A stretch of DNA of 35,425 bases, taken from the IMG/VR virus record IMGVR_UViG_3300001336_000003, positions 64,001 through 99,425 of that record; one strand, 5' to 3'. The first letter of the stretch is position 1. Each line of letters starts with the position of its first letter. A program made the translations under genes and the position numbers. A model generated the notes under the pieces. The model ran no database searches. It was not told the DNA's origin and saw only the letters and a program-made list of their open reading frames with translations. Positions 26,558-34,686 of the stretch are shown piece after piece. This stretch comes from a virus. Lineage: Duplodnaviria; Heunggongvirae; Uroviricota; Caudoviricetes.

Positions 26558-27187
26558 TTAATGATTTTTTGCAGCAAACCCGATTCTTGGAATTTCCAAG
26601 AATCCATCTCCATCGTCATGCTGATAAAGGATAATATATCCTTCTTTTGTGTAAAAGTCAAGACCTTTTTCATCATCAGCCCAAATTGGTATCAATTCAT
26701 CATAGTCAGGATCAGGCGTATCTCTCAAATGAACTTCAATTATCTTCCCGTCAACAAATTCGACATTCATCAAACCTATATCGGCAAGCACATTGAGTGA
26801 CATTGGCAACACATATGAAAAGTGACCCAATCGAACCCATTTAGTGAATCTACTAAGATTTTCAGCATTTTTAAACCCTTCCCATCCAGAGCAAAATTCC
26901 CATCCATTATTATAGACAAAACTTGCCGATATGTGTCTACCTTCAAACCATTCGCACCAAAAATAACCAGGTGGGACTTTTGTCTTGTCGCCACCATCAA
27001 TCCATATTTTCTTTGCGCCAATCGACATACCAGAAAGGTTGTATATCGGCCTTACTATGTAGTAACCGTCTTTTTTCGGCGCAATCCCACAAGGCCCACA
27101 ATCATAACCTAAATTTTCGGAAAGAAAAAGTTTGTTAAACCATATCCTGTGTTCTGGATATCGAACATAAGCTTCGCTATCTTCCAT
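26558..27187 (-). CDS. Conserved T4-superfamily protein with ATP-grasp-like motif spacing
   Basis: YIVRPIYNLSGM, FWCEWFEGRHIS, NVEFVDGKIIEVHLR. Confidence 0.5.
   Translation of the reverse strand: MEDSEAYVRYPEHRIWFNKLFLSENLGYDCGPCGIAPKKDGYYIVRPIYNLSGMSIGAKKIWIDGGDKTKVPPGYFWCEWFEGRHISASFVYNNGWEFCSGWEGFKNAENLSRFTKWVRLGHFSYVLPMSLNVLADIGLMNVEFVDGKIIEVHLRDTPDPDYDELIPIWADDEKGLDFYTKEGYIILYQHDDGDGFLEIPRIGFAAKNH
26633..26661 (-). promoter_or_regulatory. sigma70-type promoter for the small ORFs, 33 and 59
   Basis: TTGACT (26661-26656), 17-nt spacer, TATATT (26638-26633). Confidence 0.6.
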
Positions 27188-27850
27188 TCAAATTTCCACA
27201 AACAAAACCTTGTTAACGTAACGATCTTTATCTTCTTTGCTTATCCCCATGGAAATTATAGAATTGTGCAGATGTGGGTTTAATTTTTGATTGTAGCAAT
27301 ATTTGTTATGTATGTCAACGTAATTTTTGTCACTTCGTTGTTCATTTTCCAAATTGTTGACATAATATTCTATAAGCCCATAAGTCGTGTTGCACAATTT
27401 TTCAATTTCAGAATCGCGAACATTGCCAGCCGCAATCATGGAATCTGAAAATATTTCTTTCGCCCATTCTGGTAGTTCTCTAGGCTTATTCCAATCAACT
27501 TCTGAAACAACATCGCGAAACGTAGTCATGTATGGATGATGATTACTGATAGGTGAAAAATCAAAAAAGCTCCCTGTTATCTTGTTTTGGCCAGATACAA
27601 CATCAAATCCCAATATAGGGGTATCCATATCAACATGGGGGAAAATGTTTATGTGAAGCAACCACGTTTTTCTACTTTCGCGATTGTCTATCGTTTTCAA
27701 GTGGCATTTTCGTATTTTATCGGAACGCCAATAGGTGTCATTCCACCCATCGAAATCCACTTTTTCATCAAGTGGAAATCTTTCAAATTTGGAATCGAAT
27801 AGGTTTGTTATCCTATCGGTAAGTTCAATCAGTGGTTCCCATATGGCCAA
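27188..27850 (-). CDS. pcyX: Ferredoxin-dependent bilin reductase, PcyX-like
   Basis: WLLHINIFP...PILGFDVVSGQNKITGSFFDFSP, RELPEWAKEIFS, YCYNQKLNPH. The His/Asp pair is of the PcyA/PcyX type. Likely TTG start at 27850 after GGAGGA. Confidence 0.82.
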   Translation of the reverse strand: MAIWEPLIELTDRITNLFDSKFERFPLDEKVDFDGWNDTYWRSDKIRKCHLKTIDNRESRKTWLLHINIFPHVDMDTPILGFDVVSGQNKITGSFFDFSPISNHHPYMTTFRDVVSEVDWNKPRELPEWAKEIFSDSMIAAGNVRDSEIEKLCNTTYGLIEYYVNNLENEQRSDKNYVDIHNKYCYNQKLNPHLHNSIISMGISKEDKDRYVNKVLFVEI

Positions 27851-28391
27851 CAGATTCCTCCAATTCTTCCAAAAATTCAGTAACCATATCAAAACAAGTC
27901 TTAGCTTCATCGGCCAAACCATCATGTAGTTTTTCGCGCATTTTACTTTTTAGAACTTCAATGTCGCCATCAAATTCGTATCGCGTTGCCGAACCAAACA
28001 CGAATCTTTTTAAAATCTGCCCGCCAGACAAATCACCCATGTGATGAACATATATGTGTGCTAAAAGCTTATCTTTATCATCTTCAAGACGCATAACATA
28101 ATCATAGTAATGCATAGCAGATTTCAAAGGTTTTGGCGTTTTGAAATTGTGCATTTTTTCAAGTTCTTGAAGATCCTTCATCATGTTAACCGAACGCTTG
28201 ATGCCTTCAATTCCTTCTAGGACACCAGCTTTTTCAGACCATTCTTCTAGAATAGAATACATCAAAAACATGTTGGATAAGTATATGTAATACTGTATAG
28301 GCGTCATGTTTTTCTTCAACATCCTATTGACAAAAGCAGTCTTTTCTGCTCGCGTGTGATGATGCTTAGTCAATTCTTTCAAATTGCTCAT
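27825..28391 (-). CDS. Heme oxygenase (HemO/Ho1-like)
   Basis: LKELTKHHHTRAE (proximal His), LLAHIYVHHMGDLSGGQIL, LADEAKTCF. Confidence 0.93.
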   Translation of the reverse strand: MSNLKELTKHHHTRAEKTAFVNRMLKKNMTPIQYYIYLSNMFLMYSILEEWSEKAGVLEGIEGIKRSVNMMKDLQELEKMHNFKTPKPLKSAMHYYDYVMRLEDDKDKLLAHIYVHHMGDLSGGQILKRFVFGSATRYEFDGDIEVLKSKMREKLHDGLADEAKTCFDMVTEFLEELEESVGHMGTTD

Positions 28392-28597
28392 GGCTTACAA
28401 ATATTCCCAACTTTCTGATTTTCCATCAAAATTTTTGTAAAATCGGTCGCGTTCTTGGTTATGATTTTACAAAGTAGGGTTTGGGTATCGACAAATTCAT
28501 CCAACCCTTGTTTGATTCTATCGTCTGTTACCGTAGCGGCAACGAACTGTTTCTTTGACGATTGAATAAAATCAATCATGAAGTTTACGTTATACAT
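28388..28597 (-). CDS. Small helical hypothetical protein (phasin-like pattern), coupled to heme oxygenase
   Basis: SD AAGGAG; ATGA overlap with the heme oxygenase gene. Confidence 0.65.
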   Translation of the reverse strand: MYNVNFMIDFIQSSKKQFVAATVTDDRIKQGLDEFVDTQTLLCKIITKNATDFTKILMENQKVGNICKP

Positions 28598-28613
28598 ATC
28601 TTACTCCTTGTAG

Positions 28614-28636
28614 AAAAGGGGGGTTATCCCCCCTTT
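28614..28636 (-). terminator. Rho-independent terminator
   Basis: AAAGGGGGG-ATAA-CCCCCC-TTTT, directly after the stop at 28639. Confidence 0.7.
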
Positions 28637-28638
28637 CC

Positions 28639-28890
28639 TTATTTAGACTTATCCGAAACGAAGTTATACAATGCAGATGATCTTGTTACTACATCTTCTG
28701 CAGTGTAGGGTTTCGGTGCGTTCTGTTCTATATGACTCATGATATCATTTGCAGGAACTTGTTGCGAAGAACGCATTGTTTCCACTTCTTCACGAAATTT
28801 AAGTTCTTTTGTTCTATGCTCGGTTTCAAGCATTTCTTGTGCCATTTTCAGAACGTCAAGACGAACTTCAAAGGGATTCTTATTTGTCAT
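28639..28890 (-). CDS. Conserved small T4-superfamily hypothetical protein
   Basis: KNPFEVRLDVLKMAQEMLE...YTAEDVVTRSSALYNFVS. Confidence 0.75.
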   Translation of the reverse strand: MTNKNPFEVRLDVLKMAQEMLETEHRTKELKFREEVETMRSSQQVPANDIMSHIEQNAPKPYTAEDVVTRSSALYNFVSDKSK

Positions 28891-29671
28891 CTTGTTTTAC
28901 CGCACTCATTCTTTCTTCATCTGTGAATGTGGAAGAAGCATATGCAAGTGTAGAATCCATGCCAGAAGCATAAGCGGTTCTCATGCGTGAAGTCATAGCA
29001 GATGCGGAACGCATGGTGCTTCCCATAGAAGCGGTGTCATACTGCATTGTATTTTGCTGCCCAAACCCAAGGCTTGCACCTGCGGCAAATGCGTCAATGT
29101 TAGCACCAAGGAACATGAATCCCCAATTTTTACCTTCCGCTTTCTCGACCATTTGCTTGACGTTTGTATTGTCAAAAGTTTTGGAAGCGTTTTCATGACC
29201 GTCTGTCAAGATAGTGATGATAATAGAATCATTTGTTGTGCCTTGTGGATTGTAGGTTTTTTCGTCAATGCTACTGACTTCTTCAATCGAAACGCGATTG
29301 AACACACAATTCACCGAATGTCCATCGAATTTGTAAAGCGAAACAAAAGTAGGGATACTAGTGTTTTTAGCATCTTCGCGTTGCATTTGTAGATATTCGT
29401 TATATCCAGAAATAGTAGCTTCCCTACATGATTGCATGGAACCAGAATCGTCTAGAACGAAAATGATATGTGAAGTTTTTTTTCCAGCACGTTTAGGCTT
29501 GAATGCTTCTGCTAGATTTGGTTTTTGTAATGTATTGTTTACAGAATAAACTGGTGGGACTGGTGTAATTGGACTTGGGAATGAACTTGGCGACATGTTG
29601 ACATATCCGCCTGACTGAATTCCGATACCATTTGTTACTACTTGAGCTTGTGAATTAATACGTCTTATCAT
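28880..29671 (-). CDS. von Willebrand factor type A (vWA) domain protein, apparently with an internal in-frame deletion
   Basis: FVLDDSGSM (DxSxS), GTT, ILTDGHENAS, WGFMFLGAN. Confidence 0.85.
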   Translation of the reverse strand: MIRRINSQAQVVTNGIGIQSGGYVNMSPSSFPSPITPVPPVYSVNNTLQKPNLAEAFKPKRAGKKTSHIIFVLDDSGSMQSCREATISGYNEYLQMQREDAKNTSIPTFVSLYKFDGHSVNCVFNRVSIEEVSSIDEKTYNPQGTTNDSIIITILTDGHENASKTFDNTNVKQMVEKAEGKNWGFMFLGANIDAFAAGASLGFGQQNTMQYDTASMGSTMRSASAMTSRMRTAYASGMDSTLAYASSTFTDEERMSAVKQDDK

Positions 29672-29702
29672 TTATAGACCTTTCTATGTTGTGTGATGTG
29701 TA

Positions 29703-30007
29703 AGTGGGTCCGTTATTTTATACGGTGGAACCCATACCGCAAGAGATTAAGCCGCTAGGCGAACCTCTGGTTTTGCATTTGTGTTTGCATTTCTTAGTTT
29801 CGTCGCGTTAACCCAGCTTAGATCGGGGTAGCTCCATCCTGCCTATTCCGCCTGTCGATCCCATTTCACCCCCAGCAAAGATACACTTACCGCCTCGCCT
29901 AATCCCGCAGTCCGAAACAAGTTGTCCTGCTACTTAAAGTGTATCTGTGGTGGAGGTGTCGGCTTCGAAGCCGAGTCCAGAACGTTTTCAGTGAACTTCA
30001 TCACTAC
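29703..30007 (-). ncRNA. ssrA: Circularly permuted (two-piece) tmRNA; tag peptide (A)ANTNAKPEVRLAA at 29788-29747
   Basis: T-arm and acceptor end (CTCGGCTTCGAAGCCGACACCTCCACCA, ending at 29948) come first. A 74-nt intervening segment follows, then the 5' end GGGGGTG at 29873, which pairs 7/7 with CACCTCC including the G3-U70 Ala identity pair. The tag ORF ends LAA-stop and is followed by a pseudoknot-like region. Outer ends are approximate. Confidence 0.92.
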
Positions 30008-30012
30008 AATCT

Positions 30013-30020
30013 TATTTATA
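30013..30020 (-). promoter_or_regulatory. T4-type late promoter TATAAATA driving the tmRNA
   Basis: Exact consensus between a terminator hairpin and the tmRNA acceptor piece. Confidence 0.8.
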
Positions 30021-30021
30021 T

Positions 30022-30050
30022 AGAAATGGGAGGCTAACCTTGGCCTCCCA
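30022..30050 (-). terminator. Terminator after the OMP gene
   Basis: TGGGAGGC / GCCTCCCA 8-bp stem followed by TTTCT on the minus strand. Confidence 0.65.
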
Positions 30051-30081
30051 CGGGTTTTTTAAGGAACCACCCTATTCTTGA

Positions 30082-30678
30082 TTAGAACTTCAAGCCAACC
30101 GAAAGATTGAAGTTGGTTTCGTCAGAACCAGTATCAAACCCACGAACTAGGCTAGGCGTAACAGTTACATTGTCAACAACGGTGAATGGAACACCGACTT
30201 CAACATAACCACCAGCGCGTGACCAGTCATCGCTTGCATTCCAAGTGTAACCTACTTCACCGAAAACGGAAACACCATCAGCGAACGCATAGGATACACC
30301 AACGGATGGGTCAAAGAAGAAATCGCCATCTTTAAGGTCGGTATTTACAGTTGCATATTCAACTGCTGCGGTTCCATAAACAGTTGTGTTTGTTGCAGCA
30401 GCCCAATTAACATTGTATTCGCCGCGAACACCGATAGTATCGGTATCAAGGTTATAGCTAAGCGCACCACGAACATTTGCATCAACTGCACCAACGGTAT
30501 AAGCAAGACCAGTTGCACCAACTTCAAAATCAGTTAGCCCATCTTCATTTGCATCAAGCGCGAAATCAAGCGCACCAGAAGTAACAGTAACGCCATATGT
30601 GTTATTGTCGAAATCTGCGGCCATAGCAGAAGTTGCCATTGTGGTGATAAGCGCCAAAGTTGCTAGAATAGTTTTCAT
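30082..30678 (-). CDS. Beta-barrel outer membrane protein
   Basis: Sec signal peptide (MKTILATLALITTMATSAMA), alternating-pattern beta strands, C-terminal LSVGLKF with terminal Phe (Bam signal); SD AAGGAG. Confidence 0.85.
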   Translation of the reverse strand: MKTILATLALITTMATSAMAADFDNNTYGVTVTSGALDFALDANEDGLTDFEVGATGLAYTVGAVDANVRGALSYNLDTDTIGVRGEYNVNWAAATNTTVYGTAAVEYATVNTDLKDGDFFFDPSVGVSYAFADGVSVFGEVGYTWNASDDWSRAGGYVEVGVPFTVVDNVTVTPSLVRGFDTGSDETNFNLSVGLKF

Positions 30679-30805
30679 TATAGTCTCCTTCATATATGAT
30701 ATTTAACACCCCTTTGAGGGTGTTGGTTGAATTAACGATGTTATTGGATTGTCTTTATAGAACAAAGGTTCTATTGTCGCAAATCACATCAATTAAGTAG
30801 TGTTA

Positions 30806-30834
30806 TATTTAGTTCATCTGGTTGCTTTTGTCAA
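30806..30834 (-). promoter_or_regulatory. Candidate promoter for the OMP gene
   Basis: TTGACA (30834-30829), 17-nt spacer, then TAAATA(TAAC). The -10 element is non-canonical and could also be read as a late-type element. Confidence 0.4.
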
Positions 30835-30881
30835 GCACATAAAAATGTCCCAAATGAAGTGTGTTATATAAGTCACACTAA

Positions 30882-31028
30882 TTATAGCTTGAACTCTACC
30901 TTCTTTTTTTCAAAGGTGTCGTTCAAGTTATTCATTTCTTCACGCGAAATCATTTCATCATCCCAAACCGTTTCTTTTTTGGTATTGGGTTTTTTTGTCT
31001 TGTCGGGTTCTAAATTTTTCATAACCAT
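30882..31028 (-). CDS. 48-aa mini-protein homologous to the C-terminal tail of the upstream Alt-like protein
   Basis: ETVWDDEMISREEMNNLND aligns with Alt ESVWDEELLSLDDMKDLED; SD AAGGAAGG before the ATG at 31028. Confidence 0.7.
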   Translation of the reverse strand: MVMKNLEPDKTKKPNTKKETVWDDEMISREEMNNLNDTFEKKKVEFKL

Positions 31029-31047
31029 ACCTTCCTTTAACTGTCTA

Positions 31048-31076
31048 TGTATAACAGTTATGGAATGAATTGTCAA
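31048..31076 (-). promoter_or_regulatory. Candidate sigma70-type promoter for the Alt-tail mini-gene
   Basis: TTGACA (31076-31071, overlapping the alt stop), 17-nt spacer ending in TGt, then TATACA (31053-31048). Confidence 0.55.
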
Positions 31077-33208
31077 TAGGTAATTTTGATTTTACCCTTA
31101 GCGATTTTATCTTCCAAATCTTTCATATCATCAAGCGACAACAATTCTTCATCCCAAACAGATTCAGATTTCTTAGTTTTCTTGTCGTCTTGCTTCTTAT
31201 TTTCGAAAAGCATTTTAAGATCGTCTGCACCTTTTTTGTATGCCTCATAGAAGCTTTCAGCGCCGTTGCCTGTATATACACCCACGACATATGGCTTTTT
31301 TAACGTCCCTTGCGTTGTGTGATATACTTCGGTGAATCTTATTCTACTAAAAGGTGGTAGCATGATTTCTTTTTCCCCAGGGACGCCAGAAAAATTCAAA
31401 ACTGGAATGCATCTTGTTCCTTTTGGGAGGAATATCTTCATTCTCATAGAATCGGGCTTTTCACCCATAGATACCTGTGTGCTCAAAGAAGTGGATAGCC
31501 AAGCAGGATCTACAAAAACATCACCAGGTTCAAATTTACCTTGGCCTGGGACTTTGGCATTTCGATAAACCCATACATCATCTTCCATCTCCACAGCATA
31601 TTTACTATAGAATTTGAACATGGCGTCTGAATTGCTATCTAAGTAAAAATCGCCCGTTTTTATAGAAGATAGTGATTTTCTAAGATTTGGGTTTATTATT
31701 TTATATCCAGTACCAGTGTATGATCTAAATGAACGAACCGCTTTTAATTCTTCACGTTCTTCTTCACTTAGACTTGAAGAATCATCTATGCTTTTTCCTG
31801 CCCATTTTTCGAATATGGTAGCAAATTGATTATAGCTTTTATAGCTTTTCACAACATTTATTTTTTCGGTGATATTTTCTTGGGTGTTTCCAAATCCTAG
31901 ACCGTTATCCCATTTTGTAGCGTTATCACCAGAAAAAGCTTCTTTTTTTGCTTGGACTGCAAACGGCAATTCCAAAACTTTGGCGGAATCTAGTGTAGTT
32001 TTATACATATCAGAAGCTTTTGCGGTGTCTATGTTTTTGACTGCTATGAAAGCAGCACGTGCGCTTTTAGCATCTTCTGGTGTCATGTCTATAACATCAT
32101 TAAGAACCTGTTCCCACATTTTCTTATTTTTCACGCCAATCTTCATCAAGCCGTTATCATTTGTAAGGCCCATATTCACCATGATCTTTCTCATAGTTAT
32201 TGATGAATCGTATTTGTATATGGACTTGAAAACACTTTTAAGACTACTGACCAAATACTTATCATCCATCTTATTACCTTCTTTGCCCAACTTATTCAAT
32301 GCGCTATTAAGACTCCAAGACATTCTTGATTTAATCAAACCAGCAAGCGGTATGTTGTCACTATGAATATCGTCACCTTGTTTGTAAGTCAAAGAAATTT
32401 TCGCCAAAGGTGGCTCTTCTACTTTGTCTCCAACAACTTCATCGCTTTTCAGAAGATCCACTACGTTTGAACCGCCTTTACTTTTCACAGCTTTGTTCGA
32501 TATGTCGTCAATGAGTTTCACGTCTTGACTATCAATTTCGTTACCCAAATCTAACTTCTTGAAAGCATAACGCTTGCTTGGAGTCGTGCTCACAATTTCT
32601 TTTTGCTTTCTATACGGCACAGTGATTTTTTCGATGTTTTCACTTGTTATGATATCTTCGATTTCCATGTTTGTTGGGTCAAACTCGAAGTGCTTTTTGA
32701 ACACCGCAGTCTTGAATATCATTTCAGGGCTTACGCTTTTCTTCGTGACAAAAATGTAGTTTCGAGCACCATCTGATATTTTTTTGACAGGGACGACACG
32801 GAATGTCTGTATGTAGGTCTTTTTCAAGATTCTGGTCAAAAGACTTTGATATCTTTCCGAACCAGTTTTGCCAGGAATATCTATGATTATTCCGTTCATC
32901 CTATTGCGAATGAACGGATACGAAGCTTCCATGAATTTTAGGAATGTTGACAGGACAGGGCGAATGTCAGAAGGCGTCTTGAAAGACCACGTTCTTTTTT
33001 TGACACTTACAATACGGTATAGTTCTATCATGTAAACTTTATCGTAAGTCGTTTCCACTAAAGACATGCCATAGTCAGAACCATTGATTTTTGCAGTTGC
33101 ATAAATTTGTTTAGGAAGAATGGTATCTTCCGTCATTTCAAATTCTACAGCCGTATCTAAAGATTCAAAAAAATAGTCTTGCTCTCTATAATCAACGAAA
33201 GACTTCAT
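31073..33208 (-). CDS. alt: Alt-like ADP-ribosyltransferase (C-terminal VIP2-type domain)
   Basis: R-S-E catalytic motifs VYRN, LSTSL and GEKEIML; YTGTGYKIINPNLR; CTS-like start MKSFVDY; 711 aa. Confidence 0.8.
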   Translation of the reverse strand: MKSFVDYREQDYFFESLDTAVEFEMTEDTILPKQIYATAKINGSDYGMSLVETTYDKVYMIELYRIVSVKKRTWSFKTPSDIRPVLSTFLKFMEASYPFIRNRMNGIIIDIPGKTGSERYQSLLTRILKKTYIQTFRVVPVKKISDGARNYIFVTKKSVSPEMIFKTAVFKKHFEFDPTNMEIEDIITSENIEKITVPYRKQKEIVSTTPSKRYAFKKLDLGNEIDSQDVKLIDDISNKAVKSKGGSNVVDLLKSDEVVGDKVEEPPLAKISLTYKQGDDIHSDNIPLAGLIKSRMSWSLNSALNKLGKEGNKMDDKYLVSSLKSVFKSIYKYDSSITMRKIMVNMGLTNDNGLMKIGVKNKKMWEQVLNDVIDMTPEDAKSARAAFIAVKNIDTAKASDMYKTTLDSAKVLELPFAVQAKKEAFSGDNATKWDNGLGFGNTQENITEKINVVKSYKSYNQFATIFEKWAGKSIDDSSSLSEEEREELKAVRSFRSYTGTGYKIINPNLRKSLSSIKTGDFYLDSNSDAMFKFYSKYAVEMEDDVWVYRNAKVPGQGKFEPGDVFVDPAWLSTSLSTQVSMGEKPDSMRMKIFLPKGTRCIPVLNFSGVPGEKEIMLPPFSRIRFTEVYHTTQGTLKKPYVVGVYTGNGAESFYEAYKKGADDLKMLFENKKQDDKKTKKSESVWDEELLSLDDMKDLEDKIAKGKIKITY

Positions 33209-33233
33209 GTAATTCCCCTGTGACGTATATCCA

Positions 33234-33926
33234 TCACTTATTTATCTGGTTCCACATTTCCAAATCTTCTGGCGTATTAATTTCAATACCATCGAAGTCT
33301 ACCTCAACAACTGATATGGAAACGCCATTCTGTATCCATCTAAGTTGTTCAAGTTTTTCAATCTGTTCTTCTGGATACACCTTCAATTTCCCATAATTTT
33401 TCAAAGCACCTTTTGTGTATCCATATATACCCAAATGATGTGAACCGTATGCCAAAGAAGAACGGCAGAACCAATGCGCTAAAGAATCTGTGTGTATCAT
33501 TTTTACAGCATTTTGGTCTTGTTGTTTTTCAGGCGTCATTTTAGTATATGCGGTCACGATTCCACCACTAACATAATCATAGCCATATCTATCAAGCCAT
33601 GACGCTATTTTTTCTATAATTTCTGGTGTGATATCTGGCATGTCACCTTGGACATTTATGAACTTGGTATAGTTAAATTTGTCGATAACTTCACCACATC
33701 GGCTAGTGCCATTTTCATGATTTTCGCTTGTTATTATAGAATTGGGAACCGCACTTGCTATTCTATCATCATCAGTTAAAACGTATGTGTCTAATCCAGT
33801 TGACGCGCAAATATCATAAACGCGGCGTATAAGTGGTTTGCCGCCAACGTCTGATAGCATTTTTGCGGGGAAACGTGTGCTAGCGTATCTTGCTGGAATC
33901 AGAATGGCTATGTCTTTTGTATTCAT
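33234..33926 (-). CDS. kdsB: CMP-Kdo synthetase (3-deoxy-manno-octulosonate cytidylyltransferase)
   Basis: IPARYASTRFPAK, NVQGDMP, HLGIYGY, EKLEQLRW, EINTPED. Start moved to 33926. Confidence 0.93.
   Translation of the reverse strand: MNTKDIAILIPARYASTRFPAKMLSDVGGKPLIRRVYDICASTGLDTYVLTDDDRIASAVPNSIITSENHENGTSRCGEVIDKFNYTKFINVQGDMPDITPEIIEKIASWLDRYGYDYVSGGIVTAYTKMTPEKQQDQNAVKMIHTDSLAHWFCRSSLAYGSHHLGIYGYTKGALKNYGKLKVYPEEQIEKLEQLRWIQNGVSISVVEVDFDGIEINTPEDLEMWNQINK
33239..33246 (-). promoter_or_regulatory. Late promoter variant GATAAATA upstream of alt
   Basis: 7/8 match, 31 nt upstream of the alt ATG. Confidence 0.5.
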
Positions 33927-34686
33927 AATTATACTCCACAATATTTTCAATCGCTAATTCGAAATCGTATAGTTTTAGCATGTTTGGCCCATCACTTGGT
34001 GCATTATCTGGATCAGGATGAACTTCTAAGAAAAAATTCGATACACCTAATGCAGAAGCTGCACGACATAAAGGAATAACATCAGCGCGATTGCCGCCAC
34101 TACTATCACCTTTTCCACCTGGTTTTTGAACAGAATGTGTAACATCAAATATAATAGGATCATCATAATTAGCCAACATATAATTAAGGCCAGTAAAGTC
34201 AACAACGAGTGTATTGTAACCAAAGCTAGTCCCCCGTTCTGTTATCCAAACTTCTTTAGCATCCATAGTCTTTGACAAAATACCTTTCACATCCCATGGT
34301 GCCAAAAATTGACCCTTTTTGATATTTACTATTCTGCCAGTCTTACATGCAGCAACAATCAAATCAGTCTGGCGGCATAGAAAGGCGGGTATCTGCAAAA
34401 CATCCACACAACCAGAATAGTTTACCAGTTCGACTTGTTCAACGTCATGAACATCTGTCAAGATTCTAACGCCCAATTTATCTTTCAACACATGGAAATC
34501 GCCCATTGTAGGAATGACGCCCATTCCACGTTTACCTGTAATGCTTGTTCTATTGGCTTTGTCGTAACTTGCTTTAAAATAATAGTCCACGCCATATTTG
34601 GCGCAGACTGCTTTACAATGGCTTGCTATTTCTAAACTTTGTTCCAAACTTTCGTGTTGGCAAGGCCCTGCTATGATTCTTATCAT
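33880..34686 (-). CDS. kdsA: KDO-8-phosphate synthase
   Basis: IAGPCQHES, FKASYDKANRTS, QIPAFLCRQTDL, NIKKGQFLAPW, TERGTSFGY, DVTHSVQ, EVHPDPDNAPSDG. Start moved to 34686. Confidence 0.97.
   Translation of the reverse strand: MIRIIAGPCQHESLEQSLEIASHCKAVCAKYGVDYYFKASYDKANRTSITGKRGMGVIPTMGDFHVLKDKLGVRILTDVHDVEQVELVNYSGCVDVLQIPAFLCRQTDLIVAACKTGRIVNIKKGQFLAPWDVKGILSKTMDAKEVWITERGTSFGYNTLVVDFTGLNYMLANYDDPIIFDVTHSVQKPGGKGDSSGGNRADVIPLCRAASALGVSNFFLEVHPDPDNAPSDGPNMLKLYDFELAIENIVEYNYEYKRHSHSDSSKIR

Noticed and set aside
27851-27925. ORF-track N-terminal extensions (PcyX, kdsA, kdsB, methyltransferase, OMP, endonuclease, Alt-tail ORF)
   Set aside because: They overlap upstream genes and lack SD sites; downstream starts with clear SDs and family-typical N-termini were chosen instead.
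8734-29671. MoxR-type AAA+/vWA chaperone pair
   Set aside because: The genes are about 19 kb apart in different expression contexts, and I see no MoxR-specific signature in the ATPase.
29948-29980. tRNA gene suggested by the T-arm and CCA end
   Set aside because: No D or anticodon arm upstream; the pairing 5' strand lies downstream, so this is the acceptor piece of the permuted tmRNA.
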